This document shows, one piece after another, positions 1-13,639 of a stretch of DNA of 64,000 nt. Below the pieces are notes generated by a model, which was given only the letters and a program-made list of their open reading frames with translations, had not been told where the DNA came from and did no database searches. Position 1 is the stretch's first letter. Each line of letters starts with the position of its first letter. The stretch is from Candidatus Omnitrophota bacterium (lineage in GTDB: Bacteria; Omnitrophota; Gorgyraeia; Zapsychrales; JANLHA01), in contig JACKFJ010000005.1 of the NCBI GenBank assembly GCA_020632535.1, positions 64,200-128,199 of the forward strand. The letters are read 5' to 3'. Both the position numbers and the translations under genes were made by a program.

Positions 1-849
1 AAAAAAAACTCCCAATAGCGCAATCGTTAATATGATTTTCTCAATGACATAGTGCGCCAAGAATTGAAAACCCATAAGCGAAGCGACAACGAATAATACA
101 AAGGAAAATAATCCGCTCACAAGAAGCAAATTAAGGAAATAAACAAATGATTTTTTCCCCACCTTAGAACGACGGGTCATCACATCAGCAATCTTTCGTC
201 TCAAGAAATAAAACAAAACAAAAACTATCGCCAGTATCCCCAAAGCTGTTTTATCACTTTGCGGCAAGCGATATTGATGCGGAGTCAACAAGGCATTCTT
301 AAATTGTTCCCATCGCTTATGCTCAATGACAGCTAAATAGTCGACGTAGATATTAAGTTGAACATCCACCAATTCAATTTTCTTTGTCAATTGCGCAATT
401 TGTTCATTGATCATTCTTAATCGCTGATCTTGAGACCCAAGACTTTCGATAGCTTTCTTTTCTTCACTTTGTTCTTTTAACTCGGAAATAATTTTGCGAG
501 CCCAAATATTCTGTTCTAATAAATTTATTTCCTTCTTAAAGTTCTCTATGTTGTAAAGATATATGCTTTTGTTTGCTCGAAGCTGACTTATTTCATTCTT
601 GGCCTTAAGAATCTCTCGACCGATTTCTTCAAAAGAAATATCCGTATTTTTCAAAACTGCTAATTTTTGCTCTACTAACTCTGTGATTCTTTCATAAGCT
701 TGCATTCGATTCTCAACCAATGATTCTTCAATTAGAACATGCTTTGTCGTCAGATCTGCTCCCGCTTGCGCCACAGAGCTCACAAAACACAAAATACCTA
801 CAAAGATGACAACTCCTGTCGTCACAAATATTTGTAATTTTCTAAACAT
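1..849 (-). CDS. Partial CDS (first 283 codons; continues past window start): signal peptide, long coiled coil, then TM helices; architecture resembles the N-terminal part of MscK/MscS-type mechanosensitive channels
   Basis: Translated by hand from ATG at 849 (purine-rich RBS upstream): MFRKLQIFVTTGVVIFVGILCFVSSVAQAGADL... The frame is open down to base 1. It is absent from the ORF track because it is truncated. The family call rests on architecture only. Confidence 0.45.
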   Translation of the reverse strand, partial: MFRKLQIFVTTGVVIFVGILCFVSSVAQAGADLTTKHVLIEESLVENRMQAYERITELVEQKLAVLKNTDISFEEIGREILKAKNEISQLRANKSIYLYNIENFKKEINLLEQNIWARKIISELKEQSEEKKAIESLGSQDQRLRMINEQIAQLTKKIELVDVQLNIYVDYLAVIEHKRWEQFKNALLTPHQYRLPQSDKTALGILAIVFVLFYFLRRKIADVMTRRSKVGKKSFVYFLNLLLVSGLFSFVLFVVASLMGFQFLAHYVIEKIILTIALLGVFF

Positions 850-995
850 TCCCTCTCCCTCCTCTAAACATCTATTATAAAACATCATAATTTCATGAAA
901 TATCGACTCTAATTTCTAGCAATGGGCAATATTTGCGTTAATCATCAAGAAAAAATCAACAAAAAAGAAAATGGAGCGCTTCGTAAAGAAAAATT

Positions 996-1835
996 CTAAA
1001 CTTTATTAATATAATCCTTAAACGAATTCTTAATTTCGCGAGGAAGGTTATTATAAATATATTGACAATACAATGCGGCGTCGTGATCTTTGATCCCGCC
1101 GGGATTCTGCAGAGCAAACTTTGACCCACCATCAACCGAGCGCAAATAAACACTTTCGGACGAGCTTCGAAACCAATTCCAGAAAATGTTTTCCTTGTGT
1201 ACAACTCCTTTGCGATCAAAGAAATATTCATTCCCAACATGTTGATACGGCGGAAATGGAACTCTGGTCACAATATCCTCATCGTCCACAAAACGAAACG
1301 AGTAACGTTTCATCTTGCGATCAAAATGATCAGCAAATTCCTTATTCCCCACTCGTGGCTGACCAAATGTATACATACCACTGACATCGAGAAGTTTTTC
1401 GGTCATACGGTCGACAGCTAAAGTTGCCAACGCGCCCCCCAAACTATGGCCTGTCACCCACAGTGTCTGATTGCGGTCTTTCCAAGTACAAATCGTGTCG
1501 TATACTTCTTCCCAAACGAGATCTAAAGCCTGATTAAATCCAAAATGAACTTTGCCGACAGCTGACGGAGTTAAAACAAATTTCACATTCGTCAACCAAT
1601 CAACCAATGACGACGTTCCCCGAAACACCAGAACAACGATGTCCTTATTCGCGGCAAGAAAAGCCTGTGTGTCACCAACATCAAAGGCCTTAAATTGCGT
1701 TAATCCATATTCATTCTTTAAAATATCACCAATCTCACCCAACGGCCGATAAACCAATGAGGATAATTTTGCCAAATAATACGCATTGGTAAAATTAAAT
1801 GTAAACGTATTAGGAAGAAAATTATGCTTAGGCAT
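996..1835 (-). CDS. Class-3 (fungal-type) lipase family alpha/beta hydrolase
   Basis: 279-aa ORF with nucleophile elbow GHSLGGALA preceded by VLVFRGTSS, the typical Lipase_3 layout. Confidence 0.7.
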   Translation of the reverse strand: MPKHNFLPNTFTFNFTNAYYLAKLSSLVYRPLGEIGDILKNEYGLTQFKAFDVGDTQAFLAANKDIVVLVFRGTSSLVDWLTNVKFVLTPSAVGKVHFGFNQALDLVWEEVYDTICTWKDRNQTLWVTGHSLGGALATLAVDRMTEKLLDVSGMYTFGQPRVGNKEFADHFDRKMKRYSFRFVDDEDIVTRVPFPPYQHVGNEYFFDRKGVVHKENIFWNWFRSSSESVYLRSVDGGSKFALQNPGGIKDHDAALYCQYIYNNLPREIKNSFKDYINKV

Positions 1836-1853
1836 TGTATCCTTACCCTTTAT

Positions 1854-2864
1854 TTAAACTTGCTTAGCAATCCCACGCAAAAGTCGTCCGAGAATATCCG
1901 CGCCAGTTATAATCCGTCGAGATTTTCCCCAAAACAAGATAAGATCATGATCAATCACATCATCTTCCGGCGTTTCAGGTTTAACCTTAAACTCAGTAAT
2001 GACCTGCCCCAACTTCGTTCCCTCATCGGTAATAATGATCGGACGATGACAATAACTATGAATATTAATCGTCTTTTGACCGTACAAGACATCTTTGAGA
2101 AATTGATCCGCTTCAATGACAACAAAAGGATGATCTTGCGGATCGGTAATTATGACCCACTTTTCTCCAGACAAATAAACCTGCTGAAGAAATGGATCCG
2201 AGTGATCTCTTGTAAAATGCGGAAAAACAGGAAACCCATTCTCAACCATCAAAGAAATAACACTATTAGGATTAACCGTACTACCTTCATCCTGAATCGC
2301 GATATCATCCATCTTCATAAAATTAACCGCGCCCAAACTTTCAATCAAACTCAAATCTGATGACCCACTCTGAGCCTGCCGTGTCAGCATAATCATCAAT
2401 TCACTTTCACGAAAATAATTGACTTTTTCTTTGCCCAACCAAAGATCAAGCAAAAGAGCGCTGGGCTTAGCAATCGGGAACAAAATAAACTGATAAAACT
2501 TAACGACAGGAACAAGAAAATGACTTGCTTTCAAGGCATTCTTAGCAAAATACGCCTGCGGAATAATTTCACCAAAAAATGTGATCCCGAATGTAGAAAC
2601 AAAAAACACCGTCGCGCCCGTCAAAACCGAATTCGTCAACAACGTCAAAAGAACATTACTGCAAACATTTCCCCAAAGAATGGTGGCCAATAACAAATGC
2701 GCGTCTTTTCGCAAACTCAAAATCTGTAAAGCACCCGGAGCCTTAGCTTCAGCCTGTGTTTCCAAACGAAGCCGACTCAATCCAAAAAAACCCAAATTCA
2801 ATCCTGAGAACATCCCAGAATGCAATAAACACACAATAATCCCTAACCATTGCAAAGCAACCAT
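1854..2864 (-). CDS. CNNM/DUF21 transmembrane domain protein with CBS pair (HlyC/CorC-type divalent-cation transporter family)
   Basis: 336-aa ORF. N-terminal DUF21-like TM region (GLNLGFFGLSRLRLE...ILWGNVCSN) followed by a CBS-pair-like region. Adjacent to mgtE. Confidence 0.7.
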   Translation of the reverse strand: MVALQWLGIIVCLLHSGMFSGLNLGFFGLSRLRLETQAEAKAPGALQILSLRKDAHLLLATILWGNVCSNVLLTLLTNSVLTGATVFFVSTFGITFFGEIIPQAYFAKNALKASHFLVPVVKFYQFILFPIAKPSALLLDLWLGKEKVNYFRESELMIMLTRQAQSGSSDLSLIESLGAVNFMKMDDIAIQDEGSTVNPNSVISLMVENGFPVFPHFTRDHSDPFLQQVYLSGEKWVIITDPQDHPFVVIEADQFLKDVLYGQKTINIHSYCHRPIIITDEGTKLGQVITEFKVKPETPEDDVIDHDLILFWGKSRRIITGADILGRLLRGIAKQV

Positions 2865-2867
2865 AAA

Positions 2868-4184
2868 TCACACCAAATAATGTTGAAATAAAACAGCAAA
2901 ACCTAAAAACGCAAAAAATCCCATAACGTCCGTAATCGTCGTCAGAATAATACTCGAACATTGCGCCGGATCCATTCCCAACGCCTTCATCGAAAGCGGA
3001 ATCAACGCGCCCACAAACCCAGCAATCGTCAAATTCACGACCATGGCTAAACTAATCACAACACCCAACATATAATTGCCCTGCCAAAGCCACGCGATTA
3101 AACCCGTAACCACTCCAATCGCAAGCCCATTAATAATGCCAATTTGTAATTCTTTTGAAATCAATTGCCGCGCTTTTGACGAAGGAATTTCACGCATCAC
3201 AAGTCCGCGCATTACAACGGCTAACGATTGCGCTCCCGCATTTCCACCCTGTCCAGCCACAACAGGCAAATACACGGCAAGAATTGTTATCCGCGCGATA
3301 ATATCTTCAAAAAGTGAAACAACCCACGCCGCTAAAAAAGCAGTCATCAAATTCACATACAACCAAGGCAATCGAGTTTTTAAAGAAAAACTGATCGGCG
3401 AAAAGACATGCTCATCGCCGCTGGCCCCGAACATTTTCTGCAAATCTTCACTCGCCTCTTCCTGCACATCTCCGATCAATTGTTCAGCATGAATAATCCC
3501 GCATAGGCGGCCTTCTGAATTGACAACCGGCACCGCAAAAACATGACGGGTTGATAATTCGTGCGCGACTTTCTCACGATCATCAAAACAATTCACTTTA
3601 AAAAGATCCGTGCGCATAATTGAAGCCAAAATATCCGTCTCCTTTGCCAACAGCATGTCGCGCATATTCATGATTCCGACGAGATGGCCGCGATAATCCA
3701 AAGCATAAATATAGGAAGCCGCATTGCCTTTGCTTGCTAACTCCCGAATCTTTTGCACCGCCTCCTTGACCCTAATGTCCTGATGAAAAGCGATAAAATC
3801 AGTTTTCATAATCCGGCCCGCACTGTCCTCCGGATAAGTCAGTAATTCCTGAATCTCTTTTTTCTTTTTTTCATCAAGATTCTCTAAGAAAATCGCCCGC
3901 TTTTCCGCGCTCAACCCCAAAAACATATTCGCCGCGTCCGCGAGCTGTAAATGATTAGCGAATTTTATAAAAAGTTCATTCGACAATTTATCGGCCAATT
4001 GAGCCTTAGTACTGTCATGCAAATGTTTAAACGCCTCTAATGCAACTAACGGCGAAACTTTATTAAATACCTCAATCACCTCTTCCGCCGGCATAGTTTC
4101 CAAATGCCGCGCGACCATTCCGGGGTCAGTTTCAAAAAACTTTTTAGTAAGGGCAACGAGCGGGAGCTGATTTTTCATAAACAC
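2868..4184 (-). CDS. mgtE: Magnesium transporter MgtE
   Basis: 438-aa ORF with MgtE N-domain, CBS pair and C-terminal TM domain (…VVAGQGGNAGAQSLAVVMRGL…). Confidence 0.85.
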   Translation of the reverse strand: MFMKNQLPLVALTKKFFETDPGMVARHLETMPAEEVIEVFNKVSPLVALEAFKHLHDSTKAQLADKLSNELFIKFANHLQLADAANMFLGLSAEKRAIFLENLDEKKKKEIQELLTYPEDSAGRIMKTDFIAFHQDIRVKEAVQKIRELASKGNAASYIYALDYRGHLVGIMNMRDMLLAKETDILASIMRTDLFKVNCFDDREKVAHELSTRHVFAVPVVNSEGRLCGIIHAEQLIGDVQEEASEDLQKMFGASGDEHVFSPISFSLKTRLPWLYVNLMTAFLAAWVVSLFEDIIARITILAVYLPVVAGQGGNAGAQSLAVVMRGLVMREIPSSKARQLISKELQIGIINGLAIGVVTGLIAWLWQGNYMLGVVISLAMVVNLTIAGFVGALIPLSMKALGMDPAQCSSIILTTITDVMGFFAFLGFAVLFQHYLV

Positions 4185-4333
4185 CGTTTCTTGTATCGAT
4201 TTAGAATACGAAAATTGTAATATCTAAAACACATCATCTATTACATTTGACCCGTTTGATTGTACCTAAATTCTTAAGCATAATCTATGATTCTATTGGA
4301 TTATTAGCAATAAAAATGATAAAAAGGATCATC

Positions 4334-6613
4334 ATGAAACTCAATCTTCTGATCACTTTCTTTTTCTCCGGCATTTCCGCGTTGATCTATCAGATCACAT
4401 GGCAAAGACTTTTGACTATTTATTACGGCGTCGGCGCGATTTCGATCGCTTTAATTGTTAGTGTTTATATGTTCGGATTAGGTTTAGGGGCTTTGTGGGC
4501 AGGCCGTTTTAGCAAAACCCACAAAGATCTGATTGGATTATATTTCCTAATTGAATTGGGAATCGGTATTTTCGGAATTTTAAGTTTCCCGATCATCATG
4601 ACTATCGGCAAAAAAACAGCCGGGAGCCCTTATATCCTAGCGGCTTTTTTTGAAAGTATACTCATCTTTATTCCAACAGTATTGATGGGCATGTCATTAC
4701 CAGTGCTAATCAAAATATTCAACCAGTTTATCCCTAATCTATCAAAATCAATCAGTCGCCTTTACTTTGTAAATACACTCGGTGCCGCGGCGGGATCTCT
4801 CATCGCAAGTTACTGGTTAATTTCATTTTACGGTATTAAACAAGCCATTATTGTAGCGGCCGTAATTAATTTGCTTTTGGCGGCCAATATTTTGATGCTC
4901 CGAATACTAGGAACAAAAAAGTTAAACAATGAAGTTTTATTAGAAAAATCTTCGATGCCCCAAAAAACTGTTTTGCGTATACCAACGCTGGTTTTTGTTA
5001 CCGGTTTTTTAGCCATCGGGTATGAATTGATATGGTTTCGCATTATCGGGGTATTGGTCAAATCCTCATCATACGCCTTTGCGAGTGTTCTTGCCGTCTA
5101 TCTTTTGGGAATCGCGATCGGCAGTTATTGTATTGCCGGATTTATTAAGAAAATGTCGCTAGCGCAACGAAAGTCGCTTTTCTTTAAAATACAAATCTGG
5201 ATTGCCCTAAGTGTTGCCGTAATCTTTATTGGATACTATTACGCGACTTTAAACACTTCGTTTAAAGTTTGGACGGAAATGAGCTTTAAACAAATCGAAC
5301 ATCCCGGAATTTATTCTTTTCTTAAAACATACGGCACAAATACGTTCCTTGAATTAATCGTTCGTTTATTTCGATTAGGCGATGTCTTTATCTGGCCAGT
5401 TTTCTTTCTATTAATCCCGACAATATTAATGGGTGCTTCTTTTCCGTTGATTGTCGGTGTTGCCTGTGAAGAAAACGCCGACATAGCTCGCGCGGCGGGA
5501 AAAACTTATTTTTTCAATGTTCTTGGCAATCTCACGGGCGGGATCATGACAGGATTATTGCTACTGCCTTTATTGGGATCGGAATTAACGACGTTTCTAT
5601 TCATTTTTGTCGGGCTATTATTCGCTTATCCTCTCTTAAAAGAAGGAAAATCCCCTAAATTTTATCTTAGTCTAGTATGTATCGCTCTGCTTATTGGCTA
5701 TTTTTTTCCTAAAAAAGGTGAAATCTTTAAGGTCATTCATCCAACATTTGCAGGATTCAAGCAATATTTCTCGGAAGGCAGAGAAGGTGTTGTCATGACC
5801 TATGTAAACGATGAAGGAACTGTCCACAATTATATTAATGGTGATTCCCACGGAGGTCGGCCGGCTTATTCATTTTATGTTCAAGTTGTCGAAGGAGTCG
5901 GCGCCGCTCAAAATTTTGAAAATATTTTAGTGATCGGTTATGGTACGGGATCCATTACGGAAGGAATTCTCAAAGTCCCCGGTGTCAAAAAAGTCACGGT
6001 AGTGGAATTAAATCAAACATTGTTAAAGAATTTGGCACAAATCCCAATTTTTCAAGAATTAATGAAAGATCCCCGCCTGACATTTGTTTTGGATGATGCC
6101 AGACGATTTTTGCAGAGTCGAAAAGATCAATACGATTTGGTTTTTATGAGTCCGCTGCGATCTACCGTAGCGTACAGCAACAATATCTACTCTCAGCAAT
6201 TTTTTGAATTGGTATCGGCGCATCTTACTACCAATGGAATTTTTGTCGTTTGGTCCGACGCGCTGGATACGACTTTTCGAACCATTGATCAAGTTTTTCC
6301 ATACAAACGTCTTCACGTCGGCAACATGGATGGATTTTATTTAGCCTCCAACAAACCACTCGCCCAATATAAAAATGCCGCCGCTATAAAATCAATGTTT
6401 TTGTCCTTCAATCAAGCTTTTCAAGATAAAATCTTAGCCGCGAGTCAAGGAGTTGACATTATTATTCCGGAAACTTTGCGAGCCCACATGCACAATTATC
6501 CTCCATTACAAGACTGGCGCCCAATGTCAGAATATTATCTAGGCATTTGGTTTGCAAACCATTCGTTGAAAAAACAAGATACAAAGACAAATAAAGTATC
6601 ACCGAAACTTTAA
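4334..6613 (+). CDS. Fused polytopic membrane domain / spermidine-synthase-like SAM-fold protein
   Basis: ORF track gives 4247..6613. I moved the start to ATG 4334 (AAGGA RBS; MKLNLLITFFFSGISALIYQ). The C-terminal domain has VLVIGYGTGS…VVELN…YDLVFMSP, a Rossmann / aminopropyltransferase-like pattern. Confidence 0.6.
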   Translation: MKLNLLITFFFSGISALIYQITWQRLLTIYYGVGAISIALIVSVYMFGLGLGALWAGRFSKTHKDLIGLYFLIELGIGIFGILSFPIIMTIGKKTAGSPYILAAFFESILIFIPTVLMGMSLPVLIKIFNQFIPNLSKSISRLYFVNTLGAAAGSLIASYWLISFYGIKQAIIVAAVINLLLAANILMLRILGTKKLNNEVLLEKSSMPQKTVLRIPTLVFVTGFLAIGYELIWFRIIGVLVKSSSYAFASVLAVYLLGIAIGSYCIAGFIKKMSLAQRKSLFFKIQIWIALSVAVIFIGYYYATLNTSFKVWTEMSFKQIEHPGIYSFLKTYGTNTFLELIVRLFRLGDVFIWPVFFLLIPTILMGASFPLIVGVACEENADIARAAGKTYFFNVLGNLTGGIMTGLLLLPLLGSELTTFLFIFVGLLFAYPLLKEGKSPKFYLSLVCIALLIGYFFPKKGEIFKVIHPTFAGFKQYFSEGREGVVMTYVNDEGTVHNYINGDSHGGRPAYSFYVQVVEGVGAAQNFENILVIGYGTGSITEGILKVPGVKKVTVVELNQTLLKNLAQIPIFQELMKDPRLTFVLDDARRFLQSRKDQYDLVFMSPLRSTVAYSNNIYSQQFFELVSAHLTTNGIFVVWSDALDTTFRTIDQVFPYKRLHVGNMDGFYLASNKPLAQYKNAAAIKSMFLSFNQAFQDKILAASQGVDIIIPETLRAHMHNYPPLQDWRPMSEYYLGIWFANHSLKKQDTKTNKVSPKL

Positions 6614-6679
6614 AAGATTAAAAACAAAAATCAACCGATTTCACCGCGAGCACATTGTGCACACGTGAGAAAATATTAA

Positions 6680-9859
<3,180 letters not shown>

Positions 9860-9871
9860 TTAAAAGGTTTC

Positions 9872-10900
9872 TTAATGGTCATGAGCGTGCTCCATTTCGC
9901 TTTCTAAAAGCTTGGATTTAAGAATAAATGCTCCGCTGACAACCACGGAATCACCTTTTTTAAGTTCTCCGGAGATTGCGGCTTCTTTTGATGTTTTAGA
10001 TTTGATATCTACAACTCGTTTCTCAAACGTTTCTTTATCCGTTTTGACAAAGACAATACTCTTGCCTTCCACATTTTGAACTGCATCCGACGGCAATGTT
10101 AAATAAGAAGAATCCTCGACAACCTCAATCTCACCGCGCACAGACATCCCCAGTTTTAACAGTTGGATAGGATTATCCACAAACGCCTTAATGCGGGTAG
10201 TAAACGTCGATTCATCGACCCGCGGAGAAATAAAAACAATATCGGCGGAAAATGATCTGTCTGGATAAGTAATTGGAAAAACTTTCATCTTCTGCCCTAA
10301 TTGAATATGTGCCAAATCCTTCTCATACACATCAAAATTAGCCGAAAGACGCGTCATGTCAGCAATGGTGTACAAGGCGTTTGTCCCATCCACATGGTCG
10401 CCTTTCTTAATAAACTCTGCGATAATCGTGCCTGAAATCGGGGCTTTAATTTCAATAATCTCACCGCCGGTTTGAACGGCAATCGAACATAAGCGCATCC
10501 CCGCCTTGATAGACTGCCCCAAACTAATAAAAGCCTCTGTAACATTACCGGATTTTGTCGAATGGACATGCTTGACGTTTTCAACATCTTGGGCAATTCG
10601 ACCATTGACGAGAATTTTTTGTATCAATGGCTCTGACTCAATTGAGATAACTTTAATATTTCCAAGTTGCTGCGATTCTTCAGAAAGTTTGATCACACCT
10701 TGATCATGAGAATCCTCGCTATGATCATCGTCATGGTCATGACCATAATCCTCACCATGGTCATGATGTTTGTGATCACCATGAACTTCTTTATGCTGAT
10801 GATTTTCTGAAGCTAAAACATTCCTTAACCCATACAAAGAGATAAGGGCAAAAACCGATACCGTAAAAAAAACCAAAAAAATACCCTTAAAGTTTTTCAT
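9872..10900 (-). CDS. Efflux RND periplasmic adaptor (CusB/CzcB-like) with His/Asp-rich N-terminus
   Basis: 342-aa ORF with a signal anchor, the tract HQHKEVHGDHKHHDHGEDYGHDHDDDHSEDSHD, an MFP barrel-sandwich core and a C-terminal HAHDH. It overlaps the upstream OMF gene by 14 nt. Confidence 0.8.
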   Translation of the reverse strand: MKNFKGIFLVFFTVSVFALISLYGLRNVLASENHQHKEVHGDHKHHDHGEDYGHDHDDDHSEDSHDQGVIKLSEESQQLGNIKVISIESEPLIQKILVNGRIAQDVENVKHVHSTKSGNVTEAFISLGQSIKAGMRLCSIAVQTGGEIIEIKAPISGTIIAEFIKKGDHVDGTNALYTIADMTRLSANFDVYEKDLAHIQLGQKMKVFPITYPDRSFSADIVFISPRVDESTFTTRIKAFVDNPIQLLKLGMSVRGEIEVVEDSSYLTLPSDAVQNVEGKSIVFVKTDKETFEKRVVDIKSKTSKEAAISGELKKGDSVVVSGAFILKSKLLESEMEHAHDH

Positions 10901-12173
10901 TTAAGAAATCCTCCTGTCGTAATGACTGTGCTAAAAATACTTCGAGTTCACTAATGCTTTGGCTTAAATTAAACAAAGCCTGATAATAATTAACCTTGGA
11001 TTGAGTTGCCGTCCTAATTTGATCTAAATAATTTAGAAAATCAATTTTCCCCTCGCTATATCGTAAGTTTGCTAATCGCAATAACTCATCGGCTTCTTCA
11101 AGCGATTTCTTGCCAATATCCAATTGCTTATGATGAAGATCCGCATTCAAATAAGCCTCATAAACTTCCAATGACGCTTGATTGTGTAACGCTTTAACTT
11201 TTTGTTCTTGAATTTCCTTTTGGGCTTTGGCCTTTTTGACTTCGCCTTGATTTAAATTCCAAATCGGAATGCTGATGCCTACCAAAACGGCATAATCATC
11301 CTTATCTTCTTCATCAATGCGTTTAAACCCAAGATAATAGGAAGGCAGACGTTTTAAGTGTTCTTTAACAAGGTTCTTTCTTTTGACATCCAATTCCAAA
11401 TCCGCCATCTTAATATCCGGCCTATTCATAAAACCAATGTCCTTAATATCCTCAAAAGTCATAGAGAGTTCTTCTTCTTTTAACTCTTCTACAACTTCAA
11501 AGTCTGTTTCCATGGGGCGGCCTAACATTAAATTAAGCCGCGCCTTACCAGTCTGCAATTTCTTCTGAACGCTTAAGAAATCATTTTCAGCTTTTAACAA
11601 TTCGATTTTGGCGCGCTGAAAATCATTTTTAAGCGCCTGCCCGGAATTGTACCGCAGTTGAACACGGCTAAAGAATTGACGCATGGCTTCCAAATTCTGG
11701 GATGAGAGTTCGATTTCTTTTTTATGAAGGATGATTTCGGAATAAGACTGCCGGACGTTTAAATAAATATCCATCCATACAGACCTTAATTGTTCTTCTT
11801 GTATTTTTACTTCCCCAGAGGCAATCTTGCCTTTAAGAAACCAGACCCCTAAGGGATCAAACGGCTGTTTAATTTCGACAGCGTCCAAATTAACATCCCG
11901 CTCACCGCTCGCATCCTTTTTAAAACCGCCAAACTCTAATTCAGCTTCGGGATTGCGAAACGTCCGTACAGTCATCAAATCACCTTTTGCGAACTTAATG
12001 CTATGCCTTGCCTCAATCATTTGCGGATTATGCTCAAAAGCAATCTCGAGAGCTTCCCTAAAGTTCATTCTCTTATGATCAATCACCGCGGGAACTGAAG
12101 AACCAAACGACACCGTCGATAAAGTCAATAAAAAAGCACAGCAAATAAATAATCTTTGGAAATTCTTACCCAT
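10887..12173 (-). CDS. TolC-like outer-membrane efflux factor (CusC/CzcC-like)
   Basis: 428-aa ORF with a signal peptide and two internally repeated coiled-coil/beta halves typical of OMF proteins. Operon position supports the call. Confidence 0.75.
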   Translation of the reverse strand: MGKNFQRLFICCAFLLTLSTVSFGSSVPAVIDHKRMNFREALEIAFEHNPQMIEARHSIKFAKGDLMTVRTFRNPEAELEFGGFKKDASGERDVNLDAVEIKQPFDPLGVWFLKGKIASGEVKIQEEQLRSVWMDIYLNVRQSYSEIILHKKEIELSSQNLEAMRQFFSRVQLRYNSGQALKNDFQRAKIELLKAENDFLSVQKKLQTGKARLNLMLGRPMETDFEVVEELKEEELSMTFEDIKDIGFMNRPDIKMADLELDVKRKNLVKEHLKRLPSYYLGFKRIDEEDKDDYAVLVGISIPIWNLNQGEVKKAKAQKEIQEQKVKALHNQASLEVYEAYLNADLHHKQLDIGKKSLEEADELLRLANLRYSEGKIDFLNYLDQIRTATQSKVNYYQALFNLSQSISELEVFLAQSLRQEDFLNEKL

Positions 12174-12225
12174 AAATTTAGACTCCGTCTAGCGTATTTT
12201 CCTAAATTAAAAAACAAAACTCATT

Positions 12226-12495
12226 TTAAGAAAGATAAATCGGAGGTCTTTTTAAACGGGCAATGGTGGGATTTTGGTAGGAAAGATCTTGAGTGATCTT
12301 AAAAACAGACTCTTTATAAACCGCCTCAAATGAAGAATCAGAAAGAATCACAACATTAAAACTCGTGTGGCAAATGGACGTGCACTGATGGCTAACCGGC
12401 GATGTGTCAAAATGATCGTCACAAATAGCTTCAAGCGGCGCGATCGAGAAGACTAAGGCAGAAAGGATAACGATAAAAATAAACTTCTTAAACAT
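12226..12495 (-). CDS. Small secreted Cys/His-containing protein of unknown function upstream of the efflux operon
   Basis: ORF track gives 12226..12555. The likelier start is ATG 12495 (MFKKFIFIVILSALVFSIAPLEA signal peptide). The mature part has CDDHFDTSPVSHQCTSICH. Confidence 0.4.
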   Translation of the reverse strand: MFKKFIFIVILSALVFSIAPLEAICDDHFDTSPVSHQCTSICHTSFNVVILSDSSFEAVYKESVFKITQDLSYQNPTIARLKRPPIYLS

Positions 12496-12591
12496 ACTAG
12501 GTAGTGTACCGTAAAAAATCATTTCGTCAAGATGCTCACTGTTTACTCTCACCACACTTTATACCCAGTTGACAACATCAGCTTACTAAGA

Positions 12592-13026
12592 TCACTTTTC
12601 CATCATCTCTCTAACCCATTGATAAACCCGCGTGGTTACCTTGACTATTTCATCCGCATCAGCTCGATTAACACTGCGACATTCATACTGAACAGCGTTT
12701 TTTCGAGCGATAATCTTACGGAGCTGCTTAGCCTTTTCGGTGGCGCCTTCAATCGGTAATTTTGAAACTAGCTCACAGACATCGAGATGATCTTGCGAAA
12801 TTGAGCGCACACCTTTTTCATTCACACAAATCGCATCCGCCGAAGAAATCGCACATTGCAATGCCAACGTTGCGGCCGCGTTCCAATTATTCGCGTGAAA
12901 AGCGCTCAGCATTTGATCATAATTGTCCGACGCTTTTTTTAAATATTCTCTAGCAGCAGATTTACTCTCTTCTCTTACCTTCATTTCACGCGCTGTCACA
13001 TCACACCTCCAGAGGTTCTTTACCAT
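12592..13026 (-). CDS. HEPN domain protein, partner of the upstream nucleotidyltransferase
   Basis: 144-aa helical ORF that overlaps the MNT gene by 26 nt. The C-terminal segment RKIIARKNAVQYE occupies the position of the RX4HXY motif, but with Q in place of H. Confidence 0.6.
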   Translation of the reverse strand: MVKNLWRCDVTAREMKVREESKSAAREYLKKASDNYDQMLSAFHANNWNAAATLALQCAISSADAICVNEKGVRSISQDHLDVCELVSKLPIEGATEKAKQLRKIIARKNAVQYECRSVNRADADEIVKVTTRVYQWVREMMEK

Positions 13027-13639
13027 ATAAAACTGAATAAGACTTTATTAACGTGGAAACCGGAGGCAAATTTTTCTTAAGACGTTCGCGAAATTCTAAT
13101 ACAGACTTTACATAAAAATCCAAATAAACACCAAAATATGATTTGAACCGTTCCGCAACAGCAGAATTAAAGATTTCTGTGACCCGCTTCACATCGGCGA
13201 CTTTGGCGACAACCACAGCCACATCAACATCACTTCCTTTATTAGCAGTACCGTCTTGAACGCTTCCAAAAAGAATTAAAGAAACAATCTCTTTCTTGAT
13301 ATTGGCTTTTTTTATCTCATCCAAAAGTAAATCACGAATCTCTCCCCTATAATTATTCTCTGCTTTAAACATCGGACGAACAATCTTACAAACAGTACGG
13401 TCCTCTTCATTCAAAGAGTAAATATGTTGTTTCCCAATTGTTTCAAGATTAAGAATATTGCGGGAATAAAGGTCTTTTAAAGACTGATGTGTTGATGGCA
13501 CAGAAAATCCTGCCAATTTGGCAATCTCCCGACCAGTAGCCCTTAACCCTTTACGGGAAGAGAAAACACGCAAGATGGCTAATTTTGAAGGCGAACCAAA
13601 GACTTCACTAATTTCAAAGGGGGAATCCATAAAATACAC
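13001..13639 (-). CDS. Winged-HTH + minimal nucleotidyltransferase (MNT) protein
   Basis: 212-aa ORF. N-terminal wHTH (KLAILRVF…REIAKLAGFSVPSTHQSL) and the NTase motif LILFGSVQDGTANKGSDVDVAVVV. Confidence 0.7.
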   Translation of the reverse strand: MYFMDSPFEISEVFGSPSKLAILRVFSSRKGLRATGREIAKLAGFSVPSTHQSLKDLYSRNILNLETIGKQHIYSLNEEDRTVCKIVRPMFKAENNYRGEIRDLLLDEIKKANIKKEIVSLILFGSVQDGTANKGSDVDVAVVVAKVADVKRVTEIFNSAVAERFKSYFGVYLDFYVKSVLEFRERLKKNLPPVSTLIKSYSVLYGKEPLEV

